Shown here: positions 26,537-34,915 of the stretch, piece by piece
Layout of the letters: each line of letters begins with the position of its first letter
Position numbering within the stretch: the first letter of the stretch is position 1
Source: a virus
Taxonomy: Duplodnaviria; Heunggongvirae; Uroviricota; Caudoviricetes
Reading direction: 5' to 3' (one strand)
Length of the DNA: 64,000 nucleotides
Virus record (IMG/VR): IMGVR_UViG_3300006120_000015
Location: 1 to 64,000 of that record
The notes under the pieces: generated by a model
What the model saw: the letters and a program-made list of their open reading frames with translations, nothing else
The model's database searches: none
What the model was told of the DNA's origin: nothing
Made by a program: the position numbers and the translations under genes

Positions 26537-27675
26537 TGATTGATAAGTATGGTTATTGGCAAGTTGATGAAAATATATTTACAAGTAAAGTTGAGGCTTT
26601 GTTGTATGCATCAAAAAATAACAAACAAATTAAGTTTGTGTACCATGATTCTGTTTGGAAAAATTTTAACACAAATCTTTTAGGTAAAGTTCCTTTGGAT
26701 TTGCTGTATCGTGATAGAGCAATACAACTGAGAGAAAAATACAAATATCTAAAATTGTATTACTCGGGTGGTTCGGATAGTCACAACATATTGATGACAT
26801 TTATTAACAACAATATAAAATTAGATGAGATTGTTGTTAGATGGTCAAAAGAGCTCATTGAAGGAAATTTCTATTTTCCAAATAAAAAAGATCGAAGTGC
26901 TTTTAACACTTTGAGTGAGTGGGATTTTGCTATCAAACCAACATTAGATTGGTTGAAGAACAAACACCCAGAAATAAAAATAACTATAAACGACTATGTA
27001 TCAAAAATTTCAGTAGAAAATATAGAAAATTCTATGTTTGACGTAAATCATACTAGAAGTGGTTTGATTCAGCATATGCCAATATATGTTCCATATGAAA
27101 AAGATACGACAGGCCATATATTTGGAACAGACAAACCTTTATTATATTTGATTGACAAAAAGATATATATGTATTTCAATGATTTGGCTTTAACAGCTCT
27201 TTATATAAATCACGAAGAAGAACATTTTGTCGAAAATAAAGAATGTTTTTATTGGGCACCAGATTTGCCTTTACTGGCTTATGAAATGGCATATCAGTTT
27301 GCTCAACACTTTGTTAGAAACCCAGAAGAAAGAAAACTGTTGCCTGGTTTTGGTACAGTTGATAAAAAAGAAATGTCAATGTCTGAAATGATACAATTAC
27401 AAAATAATATGGCCAGAGAAATTTGTTATACAACTTGGGACAATCGTTTTCAAGCAGATAAACCAAAAAGTGGTTTAGCTAGAGATAAATTTTTATGGTT
27501 TTTTATCGGAGAAAAATTTGAAAAACCAAAGCAAGCTTTTTTAAGCGGGGTTCGTTCAAAAACTGAAGGCATAAACAAAGAATTTTTAAAAGAAGAAAGA
27601 CTAAGAAATGGTGAAGTTTACCATAATTTACTTTTAATTGCTAGTGATTTTTATTATGTTTGCGAATTGGAATGA
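26536..27675 (+). CDS. PP-loop ATP pyrophosphatase family protein, paralog
   Basis: LKLYYSGGSDSHNILMTF motif; immediately downstream of first PP-loop gene. Confidence 0.5.
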   Translation: MIDKYGYWQVDENIFTSKVEALLYASKNNKQIKFVYHDSVWKNFNTNLLGKVPLDLLYRDRAIQLREKYKYLKLYYSGGSDSHNILMTFINNNIKLDEIVVRWSKELIEGNFYFPNKKDRSAFNTLSEWDFAIKPTLDWLKNKHPEIKITINDYVSKISVENIENSMFDVNHTRSGLIQHMPIYVPYEKDTTGHIFGTDKPLLYLIDKKIYMYFNDLALTALYINHEEEHFVENKECFYWAPDLPLLAYEMAYQFAQHFVRNPEERKLLPGFGTVDKKEMSMSEMIQLQNNMAREICYTTWDNRFQADKPKSGLARDKFLWFFIGEKFEKPKQAFLSGVRSKTEGINKEFLKEERLRNGEVYHNLLLIASDFYYVCELE

Positions 27676-27677
27676 TT

Positions 27678-28541
27678 ATGAAAAAAATATTAATATGTTT
27701 ATTGTTGATGCAAGTTTTAATTTCGAAAGCTGAGACCGTAAATGTGGTATTATCAACTACACCTGGAGGAACACTATATAGTAACTTTCAACAGTTACAA
27801 AATTTCTTAGAAAAGAAAAATGTGACAATTTTACCAAGATTTAAAGTGGGTGCAGAAAGTCTTATCGCAGCTGAAGATGCTAGCAAAAGTAAACCTGACG
27901 GTTCAACAATTTGGCTGACGACAGTTGGCGGTTTAAGTAATGCAAAAAATAATAACTTTGAATTTGAATATGTTACAATGATTGACCAACCTAATTTTGT
28001 TCTGGTTGCAAATCCCAAATTAAATATTCACAACTACAATGACTTTTTATCTAATTTAAAATCTGATAAATCTTATTCTTTTTCATACACTTCAAAAGGC
28101 CATTTATTTTCCATAAAGCAACTACTTAATAATGTTCATCCCAAAACAGAATCTCTAATGGTTCCATATAAAGGGGTACCAAATCTGCTCATAGATTTAA
28201 TTGGTGGTGTAACCGATTTTTCAATATTACCCTACAGTGTCGTAAAAGATTATATTAAAGATGAAAAATTGGTTTTGATATCTTCAACCACCACTTTGTC
28301 TGATTATCCAAATATTGTGGTTTTTGAAAAATTATACAAAAATTGGTTGGACTTAAATGGGTTTGCTGTTGTTTTACCAAAAGGGACACCAAAACAGATT
28401 GTTTTAAAATGGCAAAATTACATAAAAGAGTTTGAGGAAGATCAAGAAACTAAAAAATTCTTTATGGAAAATTATTTTACTGTTACCACTTTTGGTGATA
28501 AATATTTGAAAGACAGAGTTGAAAGAGTGTATGAAAAATGA
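27678..28541 (+). CDS. secreted periplasmic solute-binding-like protein (signal peptide)
   Basis: N-terminal MKKILICLLLMQVLISKA signal; ~290 aa, size like TctC/Bug-type receptors; weak assignment. Confidence 0.4.
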   Translation: MKKILICLLLMQVLISKAETVNVVLSTTPGGTLYSNFQQLQNFLEKKNVTILPRFKVGAESLIAAEDASKSKPDGSTIWLTTVGGLSNAKNNNFEFEYVTMIDQPNFVLVANPKLNIHNYNDFLSNLKSDKSYSFSYTSKGHLFSIKQLLNNVHPKTESLMVPYKGVPNLLIDLIGGVTDFSILPYSVVKDYIKDEKLVLISSTTTLSDYPNIVVFEKLYKNWLDLNGFAVVLPKGTPKQIVLKWQNYIKEFEEDQETKKFFMENYFTVTTFGDKYLKDRVERVYEK

Positions 28542-28993
28542 CTATGAAATTTACACACGAAAAGTTGAATGATGTTCTACCGGAAATGAAGGCCTTGTTG
28601 GACGATCATTATGAAGAACTCACACTAAACAAAGACAAAGTAAAACTAAATCCTATTTGGGACACATATCTTAAACTTGAAAACAACAATGAATTCTATT
28701 TGTTGACTGCTCGTGATGATGGTGTGTTGGTGGGTTATTCGGCTTTCTTTATGAAGCCACACATACACTATGCAGATGTAATTGTTGCATCCAATGATGT
28801 GTTGTACCTGAAAAAAGAATATCGTTTGGGTATGACTGGTGTTAAGTTACTGAAATTCTCCGAACAAAAGATGAAAGAGTTTGGTGCAACCAAAGTAACA
28901 TGGCACGTTAAAGAATCAAACGACTTCAGACCCATTCTACATAGAATGGGTTATATGGACGAAGATATCATTGTAGGTAAAATTTTATGTTAA
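28538..28993 (+). CDS. GNAT-like acetyltransferase (putative)
   Basis: 151 aa; GNAT-like core VGYSAFFMKP...; weak. Confidence 0.35.
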   Translation: MTMKFTHEKLNDVLPEMKALLDDHYEELTLNKDKVKLNPIWDTYLKLENNNEFYLLTARDDGVLVGYSAFFMKPHIHYADVIVASNDVLYLKKEYRLGMTGVKLLKFSEQKMKEFGATKVTWHVKESNDFRPILHRMGYMDEDIIVGKILC

Positions 28994-29646
28994 CAAAACA
29001 ACAGGTTGATTTTCTAAATCAAATGGAGTATACTCCACTTTGGCCTAATTGGTTTTATAGTTACATAGATATTCCTAATCTTGAACCACTACGTGAGGAA
29101 TTACGTGCATTTGTAAATAATCCGGATAAAAAATCTTTTGCTACCAATTCGTCATACATTAATGTTATGGCTGAGTATGTTTTTCCACAGTGTCCTTTAT
29201 TGAAAAAGTATCTGGTTAGTGTTGGGCTGGAGAAAAAATTCCATAGACTTTTGATTTCTAGAAAAATTGTATTGAGTGAAGTTGGTAATGTTCATGTTGA
29301 CACATACAGTCCTGAGTTTACACGACACTCAATAAATATTGGAATACAAGACTACGAAGACTCTTTTACTCGATGGTTTAAAACAGACCAAAGAAAACTA
29401 AACGATGTTGCAAACCGTGGATGGGATCCAATATCAAATTTTGCTTGGATACCATTAGAAGAAGCAACAGAAATAAAAAGACTTCAATGGTCTAATAGAC
29501 CAACATTAGTCAATACAACAATACTTCATCAAGGATATTCTGAAAAAGAGAGTAGAGTTATTGTCGGACTAAGATTTAAACCCGAATTGACCGAAAGTGA
29601 CATTAAAAGACTTGGTGTGAACCGTCCTCACGTACAAGAAGATTGA
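28987..29646 (+). CDS. cupin/2OG-Fe(II)-oxygenase-like protein, paralog 1
   Basis: HxD (NVHVDTY) and distal His (ILHQG). Confidence 0.45.
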   Translation: MLTKQQVDFLNQMEYTPLWPNWFYSYIDIPNLEPLREELRAFVNNPDKKSFATNSSYINVMAEYVFPQCPLLKKYLVSVGLEKKFHRLLISRKIVLSEVGNVHVDTYSPEFTRHSINIGIQDYEDSFTRWFKTDQRKLNDVANRGWDPISNFAWIPLEEATEIKRLQWSNRPTLVNTTILHQGYSEKESRVIVGLRFKPELTESDIKRLGVNRPHVQED

Positions 29647-29647
29647 T

Positions 29648-30277
29648 ATGGAAGCCAAAGACTTATTTGCAAAATGTTGTTTTAGTGAAAAACAACTCGA
29701 AACAATGAAACAAATTTACTATAAACATTTTGCACCTTTGATGCCTGATTTTTATCAAGGTAAAGCCATCATTGCAAACTGGCGCAAAGATGATGTTGAT
29801 TGGGAAATGAATAAAAATATGGACAAAAACCATTTTAATAAAGGTTTTGTCGCTGAAGATTGTTTAGAGGATCCACTTTGGAATGAATTTGCCGATTTAT
29901 TACCATACATGTCCAGATCAGCTTCAATAACAAAATTGCCGGCAGGTAAACATATGTTACCTCATGTCGATAGGAAGTGGCGTTCTCAAGCACTTTATTT
30001 TCCTATTGAAGGTTGTTCTGAGCTATGTATATCTGAATACTATAACTTACCAAAAATAAAAACAGAAAACAATATGGTGTTTGATATTTTTCCTGATGCA
30101 CAGCATACATATTCTGTTTATGGTAATGCGTATCTAACAAATGTACACGAATGGCATGGAGTAAGAAACACAAGTAGTGTAGAAAGAATTGCTGTTGGTT
30201 GGGATTTTAGAACACCTGAAATGTCTTATCAAGATTGTAAAGATGTACTTAAAAAGTTGGGGTACTTAGATGAGTAA
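29648..30277 (+). CDS. cupin/2OG-Fe(II)-oxygenase-like protein, paralog 2
   Basis: LPHVDRKW ... HEWHGV. Confidence 0.5.
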   Translation: MEAKDLFAKCCFSEKQLETMKQIYYKHFAPLMPDFYQGKAIIANWRKDDVDWEMNKNMDKNHFNKGFVAEDCLEDPLWNEFADLLPYMSRSASITKLPAGKHMLPHVDRKWRSQALYFPIEGCSELCISEYYNLPKIKTENNMVFDIFPDAQHTYSVYGNAYLTNVHEWHGVRNTSSVERIAVGWDFRTPEMSYQDCKDVLKKLGYLDE

Positions 30278-30854
30278 TTATTACCACGAACTAAAAATTG
30301 ATGTAACAAATGCATTAAGAAAAGACTGGGTATTTCCTAAACCCAATGGTCAAAAATATAAAAACGGAGTGTGGGAATTCCCTTTAGTTGATGTTATGGA
30401 TCCTGATTGGATCAAATATGTCGAAAGTCTTGGAATAAAACTGGCTGTTGACATAATGTTGTTCTACAAACCGGTATTTTTTAACATGTTGATCGATGTT
30501 GCTCATATTGATGTTATAAACGGTGATGAAAATGAATTTAGGCATTCTAGTTTAAACATCATAGTTGGTGGTGAAGATTCTGATATGCGTTGGTATGAAA
30601 TGCCAGAAAATTTAGGAGGCATGTCTTACACCCCAGCAAACACACCTTATCTGCAATGGCCAGTAAAAAAGATGGTTGAAGTTGAAAGAAAATATATAAA
30701 ACAAAATTGTGTAACGTTGGTGAGAACGGACATTCCACATTCAATAACAGTTCATACAAAAGACCGTTGGTGTTTTGCAATGACACCGTATAAAAATCCT
30801 GAATGGAACGAAGTAGTCAAGTTGATACAAGAAAAGAATTTACTGGTGGACTAA
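30270..30854 (+). CDS. cupin/2OG-Fe(II)-oxygenase-like protein, paralog 3
   Basis: AHIDVINGD ... DIPHSITVH. Confidence 0.45.
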   Translation: MSNYYHELKIDVTNALRKDWVFPKPNGQKYKNGVWEFPLVDVMDPDWIKYVESLGIKLAVDIMLFYKPVFFNMLIDVAHIDVINGDENEFRHSSLNIIVGGEDSDMRWYEMPENLGGMSYTPANTPYLQWPVKKMVEVERKYIKQNCVTLVRTDIPHSITVHTKDRWCFAMTPYKNPEWNEVVKLIQEKNLLVD

Positions 30855-31411
30855 TGTTTAAGTATTTTGCAAAGCTAAATGGTAATTTTGAATTCAATAG
30901 TGATATCGAAAAAATTCGTGACGTAACAACTTTTGGTGCAACAGATACCCACCAAAAATTTAAAGGTATAAATTATTCACGAGTTAAGTTACTTGAAATG
31001 GAAGATGTTTATAAAGTTATACCAAAAGGAAAAAAGAAATTTTTCTTTTTGAATTTGATGAGAATCAATTCAAAAGTACCAACGCATACCGATAGTACAA
31101 TTAAAACTTGTATTAACTTCTATATAAAAACTGAAAATTGTGTCACATATTTTCACGAACCTAAAGTAGAAAATCCAAGAAAGTTTCAAATATCAAATCA
31201 GACCGATGGATACATTTTTCATCCACTAGATTTACAGATAGTAAAAGAATTTAATGCAAAACCAACAGAAGCTTGGGTCTTAAACGTCAAAGAACCGCAT
31301 AGTGTTGTGCCTTTATCTGGTATAGAAGAACGAGTTGCACTCAGCCTACAAACAAAAGATTTTACGTTTGATGAAGTGTGTGAAATGCTTAAGGAAACCG
31401 GATACTTATAA
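30854..31411 (+). CDS. cupin/2OG-Fe(II)-oxygenase-like protein, paralog 4
   Basis: PTHTDS ... EPHSVV; ATG 30854 overlaps upstream stop. Confidence 0.45.
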   Translation: MFKYFAKLNGNFEFNSDIEKIRDVTTFGATDTHQKFKGINYSRVKLLEMEDVYKVIPKGKKKFFFLNLMRINSKVPTHTDSTIKTCINFYIKTENCVTYFHEPKVENPRKFQISNQTDGYIFHPLDLQIVKEFNAKPTEAWVLNVKEPHSVVPLSGIEERVALSLQTKDFTFDEVCEMLKETGYL

Positions 31412-31426
31412 ATACCATAATGTGGC

Positions 31427-31455
31427 TTGACTTTTTGTTAAACCTGATATATAAT
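31427..31455 (+). promoter_or_regulatory. sigma70-type promoter TTGACT-17-TATAAT driving tmRNA
   Basis: -35 31427-31432, -10 31450-31455. Confidence 0.6.
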
Positions 31456-31461
31456 ATGAGA

Positions 31462-31770
31462 TATGGTTGTATGAAGCAACTTGAAAAATGTTCTGGAAGC
31501 GGGTTCGACTCCCGCCAGGTCCACCATAAAACACATTAGCTCTACGGAGCCCCAGTTATCGTTCTAGACGTGGGATAACGGAATAGTGTGTTTTATAATG
31601 GGCCTGCCATGGTTTCGACAGGGCAAAGAGTATAGAAGTGGACAACTAGACACAGATAGTCTATAAAAGTAAACTAAGTAAATGTAAATGATTCAAAATT
31701 CGCATTGGCTGCCTAATTAACGGCACCTAGGGTTTCGGTTGGTTTCCTCGTAACAGAATAACCAACCACT
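31462..31770 (+). ncRNA. ssrA: permuted two-piece tmRNA (ssrA): acceptor piece then coding piece
   Basis: T-arm GCGGG-TTCGACT-CCCGC (31499-31515) + 3' acceptor strand CAGGTCC-A-CCA ending 31526; 5' strand GGGCCUG at 31600-31606 downstream pairs with G3:U70 wobble (AlaRS identity); GGTTTCGACAGGG tmRNA 5'-end signature; tag frame ...DSKFALAA-TAA ending 31716; 3' hairpin 31735-31767. Confidence 0.75.
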
Positions 31771-31782
31771 TTAAGGATAAAA

Positions 31783-32340
31783 ATGCAGTACTGGAAAATT
31801 GTTGAAGCTGGCGACTATAAAGTTTATGGCCAAAAAATCTTAGAGCTGCACAGAAAGAAACCGGAGTTCTTTCGACACATAAATCTTTTCTGGAATCCAG
31901 TAAAGACAGACAGACTAAAAGAAGTTTTGGATAACATACCAGAATTTCAAGGTGTGATAGAAAAATTTGGGCCAATAAAACAGATGGCGGTCTTGACATT
32001 AGGTACTGATAGTAGTACACTACATATAGACCACACAGATGATTTAAATAACGGTGTTCAGGCAAGGTTAAATATACCATTGTTGAACTGTGAAGGTTCT
32101 TCAACCGCATTTTTTGAAATGGACGAAAAAACATTTCAGATGCATGAATCAACACCATCCGGCGCAAAATATTGGCCTACGAGTCTTAGGAACAGTTTGG
32201 AACCAATCACAGAGATTGAACTGATACAACCAACAATTCTAAGAACATCAAGTCCACATACAATTTTTTGTAGGACTTGCCAATACCCTAGAATATCGCT
32301 TACAATATCGTTTGTAAATGATGTTGTAAACTTTTTATGA
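31783..32340 (+). CDS. cupin/2OG-Fe(II)-oxygenase-like protein, paralog 5
   Basis: LHIDHTDD ... SSPHTIF. Confidence 0.45.
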   Translation: MQYWKIVEAGDYKVYGQKILELHRKKPEFFRHINLFWNPVKTDRLKEVLDNIPEFQGVIEKFGPIKQMAVLTLGTDSSTLHIDHTDDLNNGVQARLNIPLLNCEGSSTAFFEMDEKTFQMHESTPSGAKYWPTSLRNSLEPITEIELIQPTILRTSSPHTIFCRTCQYPRISLTISFVNDVVNFL

Positions 32341-32407
32341 ATTAGGTTTTGTTTGATTTCCTACCCAAGAATAATCAATCACTTTATTTAAATAAAAGGA
32401 GTTTTTT

Positions 32408-32836
32408 ATGAAGAAAATTTTAGTAGCTGCTGCAGCAGTATTGTCTTTGTCAGCATTCGCTGCTGATGTATCTGTTGACCAAGTTCGTGACTATTCAGTT
32501 GCGAAAGACGGTGTTCGTGTTGGTACACAAGTGTTTGGCATTAACGTTGCCGCAACACATATCGGCAACGAATACAACCGTGTGTCAGTTGGTAAAGATT
32601 TTGAATTGACCAGAGTTGGTCCTGTTGCTTTGTCAGCAGGCGGTGCAGCTGTCTATCAAAAGACAGAAGTTGCAGGTGTTGATAATGGTTATGGTTTGAC
32701 TGTTGGTGCGAAAGCAACTTATGCAATTACAAAATCTGTTGACGCCGTTATCGGTACAGAGCGTTTCTATGGCCAAAATCGCATCAGCGGTTTCAATGGC
32801 AACACTGGTATGATCGGTGTTAACGTTAAGTTCTGA
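32408..32836 (+). CDS. secreted outer-membrane-like small beta-rich protein (signal peptide, C-terminal Phe)
   Basis: MKKILVAAAAVLSLSAFA signal; alternating amphipathic strands; ends NVKF like OMP C-terminal signal. Confidence 0.5.
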   Translation: MKKILVAAAAVLSLSAFAADVSVDQVRDYSVAKDGVRVGTQVFGINVAATHIGNEYNRVSVGKDFELTRVGPVALSAGGAAVYQKTEVAGVDNGYGLTVGAKATYAITKSVDAVIGTERFYGQNRISGFNGNTGMIGVNVKF

Positions 32837-32865
32837 TAGTTTTCTAAGTTTCTAAAAACTTATCA

Positions 32866-32889
32866 AAAACGGACTTCGGTCCGTTTTAT
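32866..32889 (+). terminator. rho-independent terminator aaaacggac-ttcg-gtccgtttt
   Basis: Perfect hairpin with T-run. Confidence 0.75.
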
Positions 32890-32907
32890 CATTTTTAAGG
32901 AGAAGTA

Positions 32908-33381
32908 ATGAAGAAGTTCATTCTAATTACATTATTCGCCCTGATGCCGGTTATGTCGCATAACGAACAATTATCTGAGGTTCAGAAGGTATCAGCAGAG
33001 ATAGCACGCCAAATTCAATGCATGGCACAAAATTTATACTACGAAGCCGCAAGAGAACCATATGAAGGTAAGCTGGCCGTAGCACAAGTGACAATGAATC
33101 GGACAAGAGACCCCGAATTTCCAAAAACTGTGTGTGATGTGGTCTATCAGAAGACCAATACCACTTATCAATTCAGTTGGGTCGGAGAAAAACACACTCA
33201 AGCAATCAATAAATATGAATGGGAAGAATCCATGATGGTTGCTAAGAGAGCCTTGACGGAACAATACGTACACGATAAACTCTATCATGTACGAGCAATG
33301 TACTATCACGCCGACTATGTGCATCCAGGTTGGAGAAAACAGCAAGTTGCACAAATTGGAAGGCACATATTTTACAAATGA
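32908..33381 (+). CDS. SleB-type cell wall hydrolase (Hydrolase_2 family) with signal peptide
   Basis: LYYEAAREP...GKLAVAQVTMNRTRDPEFPKTVCDVVYQ...QFSW... motif set characteristic of SleB/CwlJ-like domain. Confidence 0.65.
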   Translation: MKKFILITLFALMPVMSHNEQLSEVQKVSAEIARQIQCMAQNLYYEAAREPYEGKLAVAQVTMNRTRDPEFPKTVCDVVYQKTNTTYQFSWVGEKHTQAINKYEWEESMMVAKRALTEQYVHDKLYHVRAMYYHADYVHPGWRKQQVAQIGRHIFYK

Positions 33382-33528
33382 CCGAATACACAATATCCGA
33401 AAAATGTGGCATGATATTTTTAACTCGTGAAGAAAGAATACCATCAGGTGACTTGACACTCAACCTTTCTAAGAGTATAATCTTAGAAAAGGATGAATTA
33501 TCTACATTATTGAAAGTGATAAGCGATT

Positions 33529-33750
33529 ATGCCAACAAAACAGGAAGTGAAAGAGTTTAGTGACCTTATAGAGAAACTAAACGGAGAGCTTAGGACCGGT
33601 TATATGGATGCAATTACGCACCATTGTGAAGAAACTGGTCTTGAGATTGAAGTTGCAGCCACTCTAATCACACCGTCACTCAAATCTAAGATTAGAGAAG
33701 AAGCACAAGAAATCAATTTGCTGAAGAAAACATCCAAATTGCCGCTATGA
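33529..33750 (+). CDS. small hypothetical protein
   Basis: ORF. Confidence 0.35.
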   Translation: MPTKQEVKEFSDLIEKLNGELRTGYMDAITHHCEETGLEIEVAATLITPSLKSKIREEAQEINLLKKTSKLPL

Positions 33751-34355
33751 CAGACACTACAGGTTTTGATGCATACTCCTTGTACAATGCACTGAAACTA
33801 CATTTTACCGGCTCTTACGACTTCATCAAGTACAACGGTAAAACCAGTGTATCTCGTACAAATTTCTCTACACGCCGAGACAAATACCACTTCTACAAGT
33901 TGTCTCGCAAATATGACATTGACGAATTAAAAAATTTCTATATTGCCAACTTTATTGTTGATGATGGTTCGTGGGCGGGTGATTTACTCACACCACAGGC
34001 TGAAGAACGATACAAAAACTGGCAAAAAAGAAACCAGAGCTTGACATACCAGTTCGAACAGGATATAATCTATCTATTCAACAAGTATGATCTGAATGAC
34101 ATTCTTTCTGTGGTAGATGACCATTACCCAAGGTTACTACACGAATTGATGCAATCAGAGATTATGATTGAAACTGTTATTGTAATGGATGACTTGATGA
34201 ATTTCTTACCAATGTGGCAACGTAAAATCAAAGATGATATTATTTGGCCACGATGGGAAATGAAAATCGCCAAGTATAGACCGTTTGTACATTACGACAA
34301 ACAAAAACTGAAAAGTATTCTAAAGGAAATGGTAAAAGAACATGCAGAAGCCTAA
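33747..34355 (+). CDS. gp59: gp59-like helicase loader
   Basis: Clear colinear match to T4 gp59: YSLYNALKLHFTGSYDFIKYNG...TRRDKYHFYKLSRKYDIDELKNFYIANFIVDDGSWAGD vs YKLYLMIKQHMNGKYDVIKYNW...KRRDKYFFQKLSEKYKLKELALIFISNLVANQDAWIGD. Confidence 0.8.
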   Translation: MTDTTGFDAYSLYNALKLHFTGSYDFIKYNGKTSVSRTNFSTRRDKYHFYKLSRKYDIDELKNFYIANFIVDDGSWAGDLLTPQAEERYKNWQKRNQSLTYQFEQDIIYLFNKYDLNDILSVVDDHYPRLLHELMQSEIMIETVIVMDDLMNFLPMWQRKIKDDIIWPRWEMKIAKYRPFVHYDKQKLKSILKEMVKEHAEA

Positions 34356-34833
34356 AATCAAATGTATCTACTTGGATATGGATGGCGTTATTGCTGATTT
34401 TGAAAAACGTTACATGGAACTGTATAACATTCATCCACGTGAAGCGGAGAAGAAATCTCAGTTCAATCATTTCTTTGATAATTTTATTAATACTAATCAG
34501 TTTGCAACACTCGACAAGATGCGTGGTGCTGATGAAGGTCTTGATTACTTACGCAAGGCTTCAGCACCAACACAGATTCTCTCCTCAACTGCCAATGAGG
34601 AAAGATACGATGCCATTTCCAAACAGAAAATGATTTGGTTACAGACCCATGGCATCACCTTTAATCCCATTTTTGTTCCTGGTAAAAAACACAAATGGAA
34701 GTATGCGACTCCCGATTCAATCATTATCGATGATACCAAAAGTGTTATTGACGATTGGCGTGAGGCAGGTGGTATTGGCATTTGGCACAAAGACTGGCCA
34801 ACCACTTTGGCAATCTTGCATATGTATGTGTAA
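34342..34833 (+). CDS. HAD-family 5'(3')-deoxyribonucleotidase-like
   Basis: Motif I YLDMDGVIADFE; conserved IIIDDT later. Confidence 0.6.
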   Translation: MQKPKIKCIYLDMDGVIADFEKRYMELYNIHPREAEKKSQFNHFFDNFINTNQFATLDKMRGADEGLDYLRKASAPTQILSSTANEERYDAISKQKMIWLQTHGITFNPIFVPGKKHKWKYATPDSIIIDDTKSVIDDWREAGGIGIWHKDWPTTLAILHMYV

Positions 34834-34915
34834 GAAACGCCTAAATACTATTATATAATGAAAACTGTGACATACAAAACATATACCGTAACACTCCGTT
34901 TATAAAGGAAAAATC

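Noticed and set aside
31495-31526. Standalone tRNA gene at the T-arm/CCA element
   Set aside because: No D-arm or anticodon arm upstream. The 5' acceptor strand lies downstream (31600). Interpreted instead as the acceptor piece of a permuted tmRNA.
31591-31599. Internal TATAAT (ttttataat) just upstream of the coding-piece 5' end as a second promoter
   Set aside because: No convincing -35 element. More likely a chance AT-rich sequence or processing-site context. Left unresolved.
31598-31950. Conventional one-piece tmRNA starting at GGGCCUG
   Set aside because: No T-arm/CCA downstream of the tag frame. A well-supported protein gene starts at 31783.
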